Notes: a model not told the origin generated them from the letters alone. 35,199 nucleotides of DNA from a virus (IMGVR_UViG_3300036546_000143:1-35199), one strand, 5' to 3'; shown: positions 1 through 8,491, counted from the first letter of the stretch. Translations and numbers: made by a program.

Positions 1-23
1 AGGGCTTGGAACGCGTTAACTAA
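1..23 (+). CDS. 3' end of a truncated upstream gene, probable paralog of 14981-15697 (ends ...GLERVN*)
   Basis: GGC TTG GAA CGC GTT AAC TAA (3-23) gives the same LERVN* terminus as 14981-15697 and is followed by the same downstream element. Only 23 nt are visible. Confidence 0.5.
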
Positions 24-118
24 AACCTTTTTAAGTAATTACACAGTTCGCGTTCCCTAGTCCTAAACGCTTACCCCCTTTCCCGTCGTTAGGCGGGTAA
101 GGTAGTGGGCTAGACGTT
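8..118 (+). repeat. Conserved structured element, copy A
   Basis: GGAACGCG (8-15) pairs with CGCGTTCC (49-56). CTAGTCC (57-63) pairs with GGGCTAG (107-113). Inner stem CTTACCC/GGGTAAG. Same blocks in the same order at 15682-15782. Confidence 0.85.
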
Positions 119-140
119 TACGGGTTAGGCAACATAGAAA

Positions 141-164
141 AGAGTCCTCCCAAGGGAGGACTCT
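141..164. terminator. Bidirectional intrinsic terminator
   Basis: Inverted repeat AGAGTCCTCCC-AA-GGGAGGACTCT with A/T-rich flanks, between convergent genes. Confidence 0.8.
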
Positions 165-176
165 AATTTATACCGG

Positions 177-1010
177 TTACGCTGAAAAATACTCAGTCAA
201 CTTCTGAATCAGGTTCGGGTCACCAAATCCAGATACGGTGGATTCCAGATCCACCTGCTTGAGACCCTGCTGGCGAGTGGCGGGTTCACAGGTAGTCATG
301 AGGAGGTTAATGACGCGTTCAAAATTACGACGTTCTTGCGCATTCAGTTTTACACGATCCATGTACCGGAATACATAGCGCTCGTTAAACGCACCCTTAC
401 GGTGTTCCCGCACCGTTGACAGCAGAAGGCCCATAGCTGCACTGAAGTCAGAACCGGTCTGACGGAATGCGTTCGTGATTACACGGTACAATGCAGCCTG
501 AGCGTTCGGACCTTCTTCACCGTTGTGTGGTACACCAGGACGCATCTTGTTAACGTACTCTTTCAGACCTTCTTCAATCAGTTTCATACCCAGACCCTGT
601 TGTGCAATGGTAGTTTCACGGCGAACATCAGCAGCGGTTTTGGTAGCAACGATCTTCTTACCTTCAGTCTTCACCACAACACCGCTTTCTTTATTCAGGT
701 CGAACGGTTTCTGGGTAAAGACCATGGCAGAATTGCCGTCAGCATCAGTCTGTACACTGGGACCGTCATTAACGACAGGTTCTTCAGAAACGGGAGCTTC
801 AGGTTGCTCTTCATCAACAGGTTCAGACATCGCCAGGATTTGACCCTTCACCGCTTCAACGTCACCCCCTTCCAGTTTGAATCGAACAGTGGCTTCCTTA
901 GCAACCGCTTTAACACTGGTGGAAGGACCGGTTTCCACTTCACCTTTCGCCCACTGGGTCAGTTCTTCATCAGTCCACTGAGTGGCTTGTTTATTTACAA
1001 CATTGCTCAT
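177..1010 (-). CDS. phiKZ-like conserved hypothetical, probable virion protein
   Basis: 277-aa ORF with GAGA-type RBS, immediately downstream of the vRNAP subunit gene. Confidence 0.7.
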   Translation of the reverse strand: MSNVVNKQATQWTDEELTQWAKGEVETGPSTSVKAVAKEATVRFKLEGGDVEAVKGQILAMSEPVDEEQPEAPVSEEPVVNDGPSVQTDADGNSAMVFTQKPFDLNKESGVVVKTEGKKIVATKTAADVRRETTIAQQGLGMKLIEEGLKEYVNKMRPGVPHNGEEGPNAQAALYRVITNAFRQTGSDFSAAMGLLLSTVREHRKGAFNERYVFRYMDRVKLNAQERRNFERVINLLMTTCEPATRQQGLKQVDLESTVSGFGDPNLIQKLTEYFSA

Positions 1011-1089
1011 CTTGTTTCTCCATAACGATTAACAAAAAACACTACATCTAATAGCGTTAAAGATTATTTTAATACAGAGTCATACTATC

Positions 1090-2367
1090 TTAACGTATGT
1101 CACTGATTAAAAACTCAGCCGTTTCCAATTTTTTACCATGCATACTTTTCATCATGGCATTCATAATACGACTACCCACCGACACTGCGTGCATCGTGAG
1201 GGACGTTGGACTTGCAGCGATCTTGTCACCCATACACTTAGCACAGAAACTAGCCCCCTCAGTCCGACAAAACATCGGGCTGCGCACCGTCAATACTTTA
1301 CCTACCGATGCCTCTAGAATCTCTTCAGTCAATACAGAACTTTTCCCTGCTTTTAACTGATAAAGTCCGTGGTAATCCATCCGGTTATTTTCGGTGATCA
1401 AACGATCCCAGCCTAACGTAGTGCCACAGTCGTCTTCAGCCACGATAGCATTCTGGAATACACGACCCAAGAATTTAGCGGCTTCCCCACCCAGGGCGGT
1501 TTGGGCACCACGGTTGAATGTACCTTCGCGCAAGGAGTTTACCATGGATGGCATCTTGGTAATGTCCCAGCCTTCATCCAAAGAGTTCTCGATGAGTTCA
1601 ATCTCACCCCCAGCTTTAAACCCACGTTCTATCCCGTGCATCAAGTACATTTTCTTACGCACAATTGAGTAGTGTTTATCCTGGATATAGAACCCTTCAG
1701 AAGGGTCGCCCTTCAGCCATTCTTTATCCATTTGGATTAACACCTTCTCAATCTCAGCAATCGTGGCAGGGTCATTGAGTCGGTCTTTATATTTCTCTAG
1801 AAGTTCTTTTCGAACCTTGGGTATTCGTGGGTCAGTGGTCAACGACTTCTGAGTAGCGGAAGGCGTACAAAGCTGGGTATACCCCACTAAGGAAAACATG
1901 GCGTCCACAAACTTACGGTATTCGCCGACAGTGATGCTCTCTGGAGCGACACTCTCACCCTCTTTGGGATCGTCCACCAATCGCCGTTCTATAATGCGTT
2001 CCAACTGCTTGGCCGAAACTTCCCCGTTAATAAAGGGTATTTTATTACCAAAAGGGTAGACCAGCACAATCGCATTAACGAGCGCAATTCCATACGTGGT
2101 TTCAACGCGTTCAGTAATGTTCTCAAGATCACCCGGTTCCAAGACCAATTTATCTTTGAATGAGAAAATGGGTTCATCCACTTTAACCCCTTCTAAAGGT
2201 TCAATACCGTCGTCCTGTTTAAACCCAACCGTTTTATCGCTCCGAACCACCGTTAGTGGATAATTTTGTTCACCACCCCGTGTCAGACTGAACACATTCA
2301 TGATCCAATCTTTATGGTGATAAGCGCGGGTCTTTAAGCCCAATTTAAAGTAGTCTTCTTTTAACAT
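1090..2367 (-). CDS. Virion RNA polymerase beta'-like C-terminal subunit (phiKZ gp80-like)
   Basis: Bridge-helix-like TALGGEAAKFLGRVFQNAIVAEDDCGT, Zn site VRSPMFC...FCAKCMG, trigger-loop-like AVSVGSRIMNAMMKSMH. A 425-aa stand-alone fragment fits the split jumbo-phage RNAP. Confidence 0.9.
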   Translation of the reverse strand: MLKEDYFKLGLKTRAYHHKDWIMNVFSLTRGGEQNYPLTVVRSDKTVGFKQDDGIEPLEGVKVDEPIFSFKDKLVLEPGDLENITERVETTYGIALVNAIVLVYPFGNKIPFINGEVSAKQLERIIERRLVDDPKEGESVAPESITVGEYRKFVDAMFSLVGYTQLCTPSATQKSLTTDPRIPKVRKELLEKYKDRLNDPATIAEIEKVLIQMDKEWLKGDPSEGFYIQDKHYSIVRKKMYLMHGIERGFKAGGEIELIENSLDEGWDITKMPSMVNSLREGTFNRGAQTALGGEAAKFLGRVFQNAIVAEDDCGTTLGWDRLITENNRMDYHGLYQLKAGKSSVLTEEILEASVGKVLTVRSPMFCRTEGASFCAKCMGDKIAASPTSLTMHAVSVGSRIMNAMMKSMHGKKLETAEFLISDIR

Positions 2368-2374
2368 GGTGAAC

Positions 2375-3220
2375 TTAAGCCTCCGGGTTTAGAACCAGAT
2401 TCAGTAATGCTTCGTTTCTGACACTGACTTTACTCTGATCCACAGGGTTCGACAAAATCGATTCTAGGGCGTCAGACTGGACGTCTAATAGCTTTTCATC
2501 GGGCAGGTTAGTTAGGAGTAGATATCCTACAAACTCTTGTGAGAGGATGTCCAGTGAGATCTCAGCTTCCTGTGATTTGTCGTGATAACGAGTGTTAAAT
2601 GCGTCGATGTAAAAATCAAGTCCCTGACCTATAATCAAACCGTTATCAACTTCTTCCAACACCCACGCACGAGGATTGAGTTCTAAGTAACGTTTAGTCC
2701 TCACCAAGATAAAGGTCTGGGTTTCAGGGACAGTTTCAGACTCTTCGACGTCGGGAAGCGTTTCCATTAAACGGTCAATGAGGGATTGATTCACGCCCTG
2801 AATGGTGGATAAATAGTCCATCCACGTCAGTGGAGTAACCAAACCCAAAATCTCAGCCAACTTCTCTTCTGGGTCTACATCGGATTGACAGACGTCCATT
2901 ATAGCCGTTGGGTTATCGTAGTTCTCTACCTGATGAACACCCATCAGTATGTAGGTGGCCACTTTGAGACTGAAGTCGGTGTCCACCAAAAAGATACCAA
3001 ACTGGTTAATCGCCTGTTCAGTTTGGGTTTTTAACAACGCTTCTAACGCCCCTAAACTTTCTACAGTACTGCGTTGATTTAAGGTCGCCATAAATTCTTC
3101 AAGGTAATCCCCTACACTGGTCAAGCCGACTGCTTCCAACGTACTCGCCGCTCGAATAAGGTAATCCCCGTGTTCAGGTGAGGTGGTTTGATTCAAAAAG
3201 AATCTCAGTTCTTGAAACAC
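2375..3220 (-). CDS. Conserved hypothetical jumbo phage protein
   Basis: 281-aa acidic ORF, GTG start with AAGGA RBS, stop 7 nt upstream of the RNAP gene start. Confidence 0.75.
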   Translation of the reverse strand: MFQELRFFLNQTTSPEHGDYLIRAASTLEAVGLTSVGDYLEEFMATLNQRSTVESLGALEALLKTQTEQAINQFGIFLVDTDFSLKVATYILMGVHQVENYDNPTAIMDVCQSDVDPEEKLAEILGLVTPLTWMDYLSTIQGVNQSLIDRLMETLPDVEESETVPETQTFILVRTKRYLELNPRAWVLEEVDNGLIIGQGLDFYIDAFNTRYHDKSQEAEISLDILSQEFVGYLLLTNLPDEKLLDVQSDALESILSNPVDQSKVSVRNEALLNLVLNPEA

Positions 3221-3251
3221 AATGTAGTTCCTTCAGTTAAATGTTACACAT

Positions 3252-3296
3252 TTACGTAATCATAAGAAGAGGCTAACGCATCAAACATTACGTAAT
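3252..3296. promoter_or_regulatory. Divergent promoter region with two TTACGTAA palindromes and a middle-promoter-like AAACATTAC
   Basis: TTACGTAA at 3252-3259 and ATTACGTAAT at 3287-3296. AAACATTAC (3283-3291) fits the phiKZ middle consensus AAanntTAC. Confidence 0.4.
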
Positions 3297-3323
3297 AGTA
3301 TTTAAAAAATAAGGCTGTATACG

Positions 3324-3791
3324 ATGAGTAAAAAACAGAATGTGTTCAACGGTCGCAAAAACAAGCGCGACCAAGAAGTAACAGTGAGACCTTCGAACGG
3401 TAAAACACCTGACCGCCTGTGGGACGACCTCAACACTGTCTACTTGGAATGTTGTGCCGTTAGCACCACCCCGGCCACCACACTACCGCTCATTAAAGAC
3501 GTCGAGTTGGTAGAGAAAGTTGAAAACAAACAGGAGCTGATCGAATCAGCCGGAATGCTTTCGCGGGATGCTAAAGAGTACGCTGAGCGATTGGAAGCAA
3601 TCCATTCAAAGCACAAAGAATTCAGCGGTAAAACCAATTCTCCAGAAGAAATGATGTTCGCGATGCAGCTGGGCGAAGAATATCAAAATTGGCTGGAGTC
3701 ATATCAAACCGTTGTTTTGCCGACAACTAACAAAATCTTGGCCATGTTTGAATATGCCAAGAGCGGTCATGATGAGGACGTTTCAGAATGA
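3324..3791 (+). CDS. Hypothetical protein (helical)
   Basis: 155-aa ORF, ATGA overlap with the next gene. Confidence 0.8.
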   Translation: MSKKQNVFNGRKNKRDQEVTVRPSNGKTPDRLWDDLNTVYLECCAVSTTPATTLPLIKDVELVEKVENKQELIESAGMLSRDAKEYAERLEAIHSKHKEFSGKTNSPEEMMFAMQLGEEYQNWLESYQTVVLPTTNKILAMFEYAKSGHDEDVSE

Positions 3792-5347
3792 GTAAACACG
3801 ACGATCGGGACGAAATCAACCTTGGTATGGAAGAGGTTGAATTAGAAGAAGAAACTGTGGAAGAAGAGGAAGTCTCGGGTCCTCAGGACGATGTTGAGTC
3901 TGAAGCGGAAGAGGAGATGGAAGAAGAGGGTGGCTCACCCAACACCAATCCCAACGTTGAACTCACTCGCCCCTGCACGGGTCCTTCTAAACACGACTTC
4001 TCACGTACAAACGAACACCTCAATATTCTGAATGGTACCGTTGAAGACCTGAATAACCTGGCAGCTTCTTTACCTAATATCGATATCACTAAAGGTAAAA
4101 AAGCCGCCGACTGGATGGCCGCAATTGAAGAAGGTACCAACTACCTGATGCGGGGTAATGCACTCCTGTCAACCCTGACGAAAGAATTGACACAGTGGAA
4201 ACAGGTTGTTGAAACTGAAGCGGGTGACTTGGCGGCTGGTCGTCCACGACTGTCAGCCAATTCAGGTGGTGGTTATCTGACGGGTGAACGCGCCCTGATG
4301 AAGGCCTCGGCGTTACTGGGCTTGGGTGCGATTGTTCAGATTCCGCTTTGGCATACAGGTATTTGGGTTAGTATTAAAGCCCCGCAAGACGGTGCGCTGT
4401 TAGAGATGCAGCAGAGACTGGCCAACGAAAAGATCACCCTGGGACGTATCACCAACGGGATGATCTATTCCAACACGTCAGTCTACGTCACTAGTTACTT
4501 GGTTAACTTCGTACTGCAGCACGTCTACGATGCCACTGTGAAAGACATTTCGTCTGATCACCTCAAGAGCATCATTGATGTTCGTGACATCCCCACCCTG
4601 ATTTGGGGTCTGGCCTGTGCAGTGTACCCTAACGGTTACCCCTATGCCCGTCCTTGTGTGAGTAAGAACGGTGAGTGTCAGGAAGTGGTGCGTGAAACAC
4701 TCGCGTTGTCTAAACTGTCCTGGACGGATAACCGCGCCTTGACTAACTGGCAGCGTAAACACATGACCAAACGGAACACGAAGGCGTCTGAAGAAGACCT
4801 TAAGCGTTACCGTGACGAACACATCCGCAGTGGTCAGCGCCAGGTTAATATCACTGACGAGCTGAAAGTAACCTTGGAAGCTCCGACGATCTCCCAGTAT
4901 GAAGACTCCGGTTTTTCATGGGTAGACGGCATTGTGCGGATGTTGGAAGACTCGCTCAATGTGTCACTCCAGGGTCAACAGCGTGATACGTATATCAGTG
5001 ACCAGGCCCGTTTGACCAGTATGCGTCAGTACGCACATTGGGTTTCAAAAATTGAACTGGGTGACGAAGAAACCGGTGATGACCGCGACACCATTGAAGA
5101 GCTGGTGGGTCTCTTGTCCTCTGATGAAACTATTTCCGATTCCTTCTTTACTGAAATTGGGAAGTTCATTGACGACTCTACGGTTTCGTTGATTGCAATC
5201 CCGAAATACACGTGTCCGTCCTGCGGTACAGAACAATCCGGTGACGATAGCAAACACCCCTTCTTGATCCCCATTGATGTTGCTCGGGTTTTTTTTACCC
5301 TACTCGACCAACGCATCAACAGGGGCCTAGCAAAATCGCGGATGTAA
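3788..5347 (+). CDS. Putative tail/baseplate-hub assembly chaperone (G-like product) with acidic N-terminus and Cys pairs
   Basis: 519 aa, E/D-rich N-terminal tract, PCVSKNGEC and YTCPSCG. T8 slippery run near the 3' end. Function is inferred. Confidence 0.55.
   Translation: MSKHDDRDEINLGMEEVELEEETVEEEEVSGPQDDVESEAEEEMEEEGGSPNTNPNVELTRPCTGPSKHDFSRTNEHLNILNGTVEDLNNLAASLPNIDITKGKKAADWMAAIEEGTNYLMRGNALLSTLTKELTQWKQVVETEAGDLAAGRPRLSANSGGGYLTGERALMKASALLGLGAIVQIPLWHTGIWVSIKAPQDGALLEMQQRLANEKITLGRITNGMIYSNTSVYVTSYLVNFVLQHVYDATVKDISSDHLKSIIDVRDIPTLIWGLACAVYPNGYPYARPCVSKNGECQEVVRETLALSKLSWTDNRALTNWQRKHMTKRNTKASEEDLKRYRDEHIRSGQRQVNITDELKVTLEAPTISQYEDSGFSWVDGIVRMLEDSLNVSLQGQQRDTYISDQARLTSMRQYAHWVSKIELGDEETGDDRDTIEELVGLLSSDETISDSFFTEIGKFIDDSTVSLIAIPKYTCPSCGTEQSGDDSKHPFLIPIDVARVFFTLLDQRINRGLAKSRM
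5286..5296 (+). promoter_or_regulatory. Predicted -1 ribosomal frameshift site (CGG GTT TTT TTT ACC; heptamer T TTT TTT)
   Basis: T8 at 5289-5296. The -1 frame opens after TGA 5275-5277 and stays open to the stop at 5787. Confidence 0.7.
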
Positions 5348-5445
5348 GACTCAACCTAGACAATGATGACGGTCACGTTGTCAATGCACGGTTTGGTTTA
5401 TCCAAGGTCGGTGTTCGAGGGGAGTTAGACGAATTAATCGGGTCT

Positions 5446-5787
5446 GTGGAAAAGTTGGATTCCATTTCCGCACAGCTTGTATTGGGTGAGATTTATGACA
5501 CCGAGTACGAGATATGTGACCACGATGAACCTGGTCGCTCCCCGTTATCGTTGGTCGGGTTCCAGACAAAAGAAAACTACGCGGACTATGGTCCTTTACA
5601 CCACATGGTGTATCGGTATCGTTTTTACGATGTCTATAAGCACTTTGGTCTGTCATTGACCGACTTTTTAGAACTCCCACGGGAATACACCGAATTGATA
5701 TTCGATGTTATCTCCCATGAAAACCAGAAAAGTTCTAAAGACGTCGATGATGTCATGAAGGACATACGCGGGGTAGGTAAGAAATGA
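5446..5787 (+). CDS. Tail assembly chaperone T-like domain, probably expressed as a -1 frameshift extension of 3788-5347
   Basis: VYKHFGLSLTDFLELPRE resembles GT/T4 gp51-type C-termini. The GTG start lacks a well-spaced RBS and the frame is open from 5278. Confidence 0.65.
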   Translation: MEKLDSISAQLVLGEIYDTEYEICDHDEPGRSPLSLVGFQTKENYADYGPLHHMVYRYRFYDVYKHFGLSLTDFLELPREYTELIFDVISHENQKSSKDVDDVMKDIRGVGKK

Positions 5788-6242
5788 CTATAGTGTACTG
5801 TGGGGAGGGTGACCTTTTCAAGAGCGATTGTCAGACCCTTACCTGTCCTGTGAATACCGTGGGTGTGATGGGGGCCGGTCTGGCGTTAGCCTTTAGGAAT
5901 AGGGTACCTGGTTTATTTGAGTTCTATCAGGAAGCGTGTAAAGAAAAGCGTTTTAAAGTGGGAGACCTTCTAGTGTTCCCCATACCCGATACCGATAAAC
6001 AGGTACTTTTATTCCCCACCAAAGCGTATTGGAGAAACCCATCCAAGATTGAATACGTGGAGAGTGGTTTAAAAACACTTAAAGAACAGTACAAAGAGCT
6101 GGGAATAAAGTCTCTGGCGATGGTCCCCATAGGGTGTGGTCGAGGTCAATTGGATTTCATACGGTGTGTGAAGCCGCTGATTTACCATCACTTGAAAGAG
6201 CTAGAGGTCGATGTTTCCATCCTCATTTCAAAAACCTATTGA
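5784..6242 (+). CDS. Macrodomain ADP-ribose glycohydrolase, DarG/TARG1-like
   Basis: GDLF...PVNTVGVMGAGLA...FPTK.YWR.PSKIEYV..GL...SLAMVPIGCGRGQL. Confidence 0.9.
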   Translation: MTIVYCGEGDLFKSDCQTLTCPVNTVGVMGAGLALAFRNRVPGLFEFYQEACKEKRFKVGDLLVFPIPDTDKQVLLFPTKAYWRNPSKIEYVESGLKTLKEQYKELGIKSLAMVPIGCGRGQLDFIRCVKPLIYHHLKELEVDVSILISKTY

Positions 6243-6252
6243 AGGTGCAGTA

Positions 6253-6705
6253 ATGGCGATAAAAATCAATTTGGTAGGTTTGGCTAAGGGAATTCAAAAC
6301 TTCTTCGCACCTGAACACAAAAAAGGATGTGTACGTTATTCGGGTGAACACACGGAGAAACCTGTAGTCAACTGGGGGTGGTGTACACAGCTCGTTCACA
6401 AGGATGATAACTTCATTGAGTTTTATGACGCAATGGGTGAGTTGTGGTATCAGAGGTTTTCCATTGATTGGGGGGCGGTGTCCCACATCAAAGACTTGGA
6501 TCACGAAATACAACTTCTCTACATTGTCTGTCACGAATTCAAGAAGGATCGTTGTAAACAGATCGCCTTCTACGCCAGAACAGGGGATTACGTCACCGTG
6601 CGAGGGATGGAGAACTCCACGGGCGAGGTGTGGAAAATACTGATGGTGAAAAACCGATTGACCAATTGGACCCTTCGGAAGATTTATCAATCAGTACGAC
6701 TCTAA
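6253..6705 (+). CDS. Hypothetical protein
   Basis: ORF track gives 6211. ATG 6253 has a GAAGGT RBS and avoids overlap. A terminator follows. Confidence 0.7.
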   Translation: MAIKINLVGLAKGIQNFFAPEHKKGCVRYSGEHTEKPVVNWGWCTQLVHKDDNFIEFYDAMGELWYQRFSIDWGAVSHIKDLDHEIQLLYIVCHEFKKDRCKQIAFYARTGDYVTVRGMENSTGEVWKILMVKNRLTNWTLRKIYQSVRL

Positions 6706-6730
6706 GGGGAGGAAACTCCCCTTTTCTTTT
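6704..6730 (+). terminator. Intrinsic terminator
   Basis: AAGGGGAG-GAAA-CTCCCCTT followed by a T-rich tract. Confidence 0.85.
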
Positions 6731-6731
6731 C

Positions 6732-6766
6732 TATACCGTTTTAACTTTTTTTCAGATATATATTAC
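6732..6766 (+). promoter_or_regulatory. phiKZ-type early promoter
   Basis: TATATTAC at 6759-6766 preceded by TATACCG..TTTAA..TTTCAG. Matching copies at 8621 and 24227. Confidence 0.8.
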
Positions 6767-6805
6767 TTAAGTGAATTAACCCAGGTCCTAAGGAGAACCT
6801 TAACC

Positions 6806-7177
6806 ATGTTTATAATTATCAGAATCTTTTTTAAGTTGATACTAATCGCACTTCTCTTCCCAATTTGGTTCCTTGTTACCAGGAAAAGGAAAGAAGTAAC
6901 TGCAGAAGTCGACTCGACCAAACTTTCCCAGGAAGAGTATTGGGAACATGAGGCGACATTGGTCTATCATCAAATTAAACAAAAACTTGAAGAACTGGTC
7001 TTAAAGGATTGTCTGTATTCGGATGCGAAAACATCGGGTGTCGGCGACCAGTACCTCAGAGAGTTATCAGGTAGCTGCGAAAAAATAATAGACGATTTAA
7101 GGTCGAACATCATCTGGATTAAGTGGGCACTTAACCAACATGAATCAGAAATGTCACCTGAGACCTCCATTTTTTAA
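6806..7177 (+). CDS. Early hypothetical membrane-anchored protein
   Basis: AAGGAG RBS, N-terminal hydrophobic helix followed by RKRK. Confidence 0.75.
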   Translation: MFIIIRIFFKLILIALLFPIWFLVTRKRKEVTAEVDSTKLSQEEYWEHEATLVYHQIKQKLEELVLKDCLYSDAKTSGVGDQYLRELSGSCEKIIDDLRSNIIWIKWALNQHESEMSPETSIF

Positions 7178-7303
7178 AGCAGATGTACACGTCGATCCGC
7201 AAAACCCTTAAACATCGTAATAACCACATAAATTATATCAAGGGTTTTGTGAAGCAACACCAACAGTGACCCGGTCGAATGAAGATTTTAAAGGACAAAC
7301 ACC

Positions 7304-7822
7304 ATGTATTATTACGAAGGTGAATTGTACGGCAGTCAATCCGGCAATCAATTCAATCAAGAGTCAGAGATTCTACTCTTAGAATCTCTTTTAAATGAAG
7401 AGAGTTTTCAACTACTGGATTCCAGGGACTACCCAATAGTTGTGTATGGTGAAAAAGGGGACCTGTTGGCAGGGGCGACTGTGGTTTCAAATGAGCCCGC
7501 CCTGTTTATTAATAGCTTTTTCCTCGAAGACTTTATGGTGGACCCAGAAGAAGGTAAGATTAGATTGGAGCACGTGTTGTTCCATGAATTTGTTCACATA
7601 GAACAAATTGAGTCTAAACGATTAGTGATAGATTCGGGGACTGGGATAGTCATTTGGGAAGGGAAAGAATTCGAATTATGTGCGAATTCTAAAACCCTAC
7701 AATACTTTGAACAGCCATGGGAAAAAGAAGCGTATACCAGAGAACTCCAATATACGGTCGACAAGGGTTTGGTCCCCTCTTTTGAAGAGGGATGGGAGGC
7801 GCTTCTGGCACAATTTAAATGA
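7304..7822 (+). CDS. Putative zinc metallopeptidase (HExxH)
   Basis: VLFHEFVHIEQ and downstream QPWEKEAY, AAGGA RBS. Confidence 0.7.
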   Translation: MYYYEGELYGSQSGNQFNQESEILLLESLLNEESFQLLDSRDYPIVVYGEKGDLLAGATVVSNEPALFINSFFLEDFMVDPEEGKIRLEHVLFHEFVHIEQIESKRLVIDSGTGIVIWEGKEFELCANSKTLQYFEQPWEKEAYTRELQYTVDKGLVPSFEEGWEALLAQFK

Positions 7823-7848
7823 GTCCCTCACGGGGCTCTTTTTTTTTT
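7821..7848 (+). terminator. Intrinsic terminator
   Basis: GAGTCCC-TCAC-GGGGCTC plus T-run. Near-identical copy at 26402. Confidence 0.85.
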
Positions 7849-7894
7849 CACCTAATAGTATAGAGTTTTTATTTTTTTGTTTTTACAATAAAGG

Positions 7895-8491
7895 GTGAAG
7901 ATAATGGAGTTGGAAGGGTTAACGCTTTCAATGGAAGGTCGAGAACTTTTAGATTTGTCAGGTGATGACGCAGTGGGTAATAGCGCTTACATTCTTTTGA
8001 CTGACACTAAGACTCGGTTCTCTAAACTCAGTAAACTGATCACAGAAGCCCCCTATAACCACGTCTCCGTGGCGTTTGACCATTCCCTTAAGACATTATA
8101 CACGTACGCGTTAATGAACGCAAACGGGATAAAAGGGGGTCTTAAACAGGAAACCTGGGAAGAGTTAGAAGGGGCCAATTACTCACTCTATGAAATCAAA
8201 GTGGGGATAGCCACTCTTAACAAGATGAAAAGTCGTGTTAAGGAACTGGAAGAGAATGCAGGTAACACCCGTTATAACCATTTAGGGTTAATCAATGCCG
8301 TCTTTAAAAAAGAGTTATTCTCTTCTGACAAAGACAGTGTGATGTTCTGTTCACAGTTTGTGGTTGAACTCTTACGGTTCTCTGGGATAGAACTGTTTGA
8401 AGGTAAGTCCTCCAGTGTCATTACTCCGTATGAGTTAGTGAAAAGTAAAATCTTGCGCTTTGTTAAACGCGGTAAAATTAAACGAGGTTAA
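7895..8491 (+). CDS. Permuted papain-like NlpC/P60 (YiiX-like) hydrolase
   Basis: PYNHVSVAFD (His) precedes MFCSQFV (Cys), the circularly permuted order. Start may be ATG 7904. Confidence 0.8.
   Translation: MKIMELEGLTLSMEGRELLDLSGDDAVGNSAYILLTDTKTRFSKLSKLITEAPYNHVSVAFDHSLKTLYTYALMNANGIKGGLKQETWEELEGANYSLYEIKVGIATLNKMKSRVKELEENAGNTRYNHLGLINAVFKKELFSSDKDSVMFCSQFVVELLRFSGIELFEGKSSSVITPYELVKSKILRFVKRGKIKRG

Noticed and set aside
523-1025. Plus-strand ORFs 523-843 and 525-1025, and the many similar short overlapping ORFs elsewhere
   Set aside because: They overlap longer, better-supported genes on the opposite strand or in another frame, and have no RBS or motifs.
1090-2367. Bacterial rpoC fragment or pseudogene
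   Set aside because: Highly diverged, intact ORF in a wholly phage context, matching the split virion RNAP architecture.
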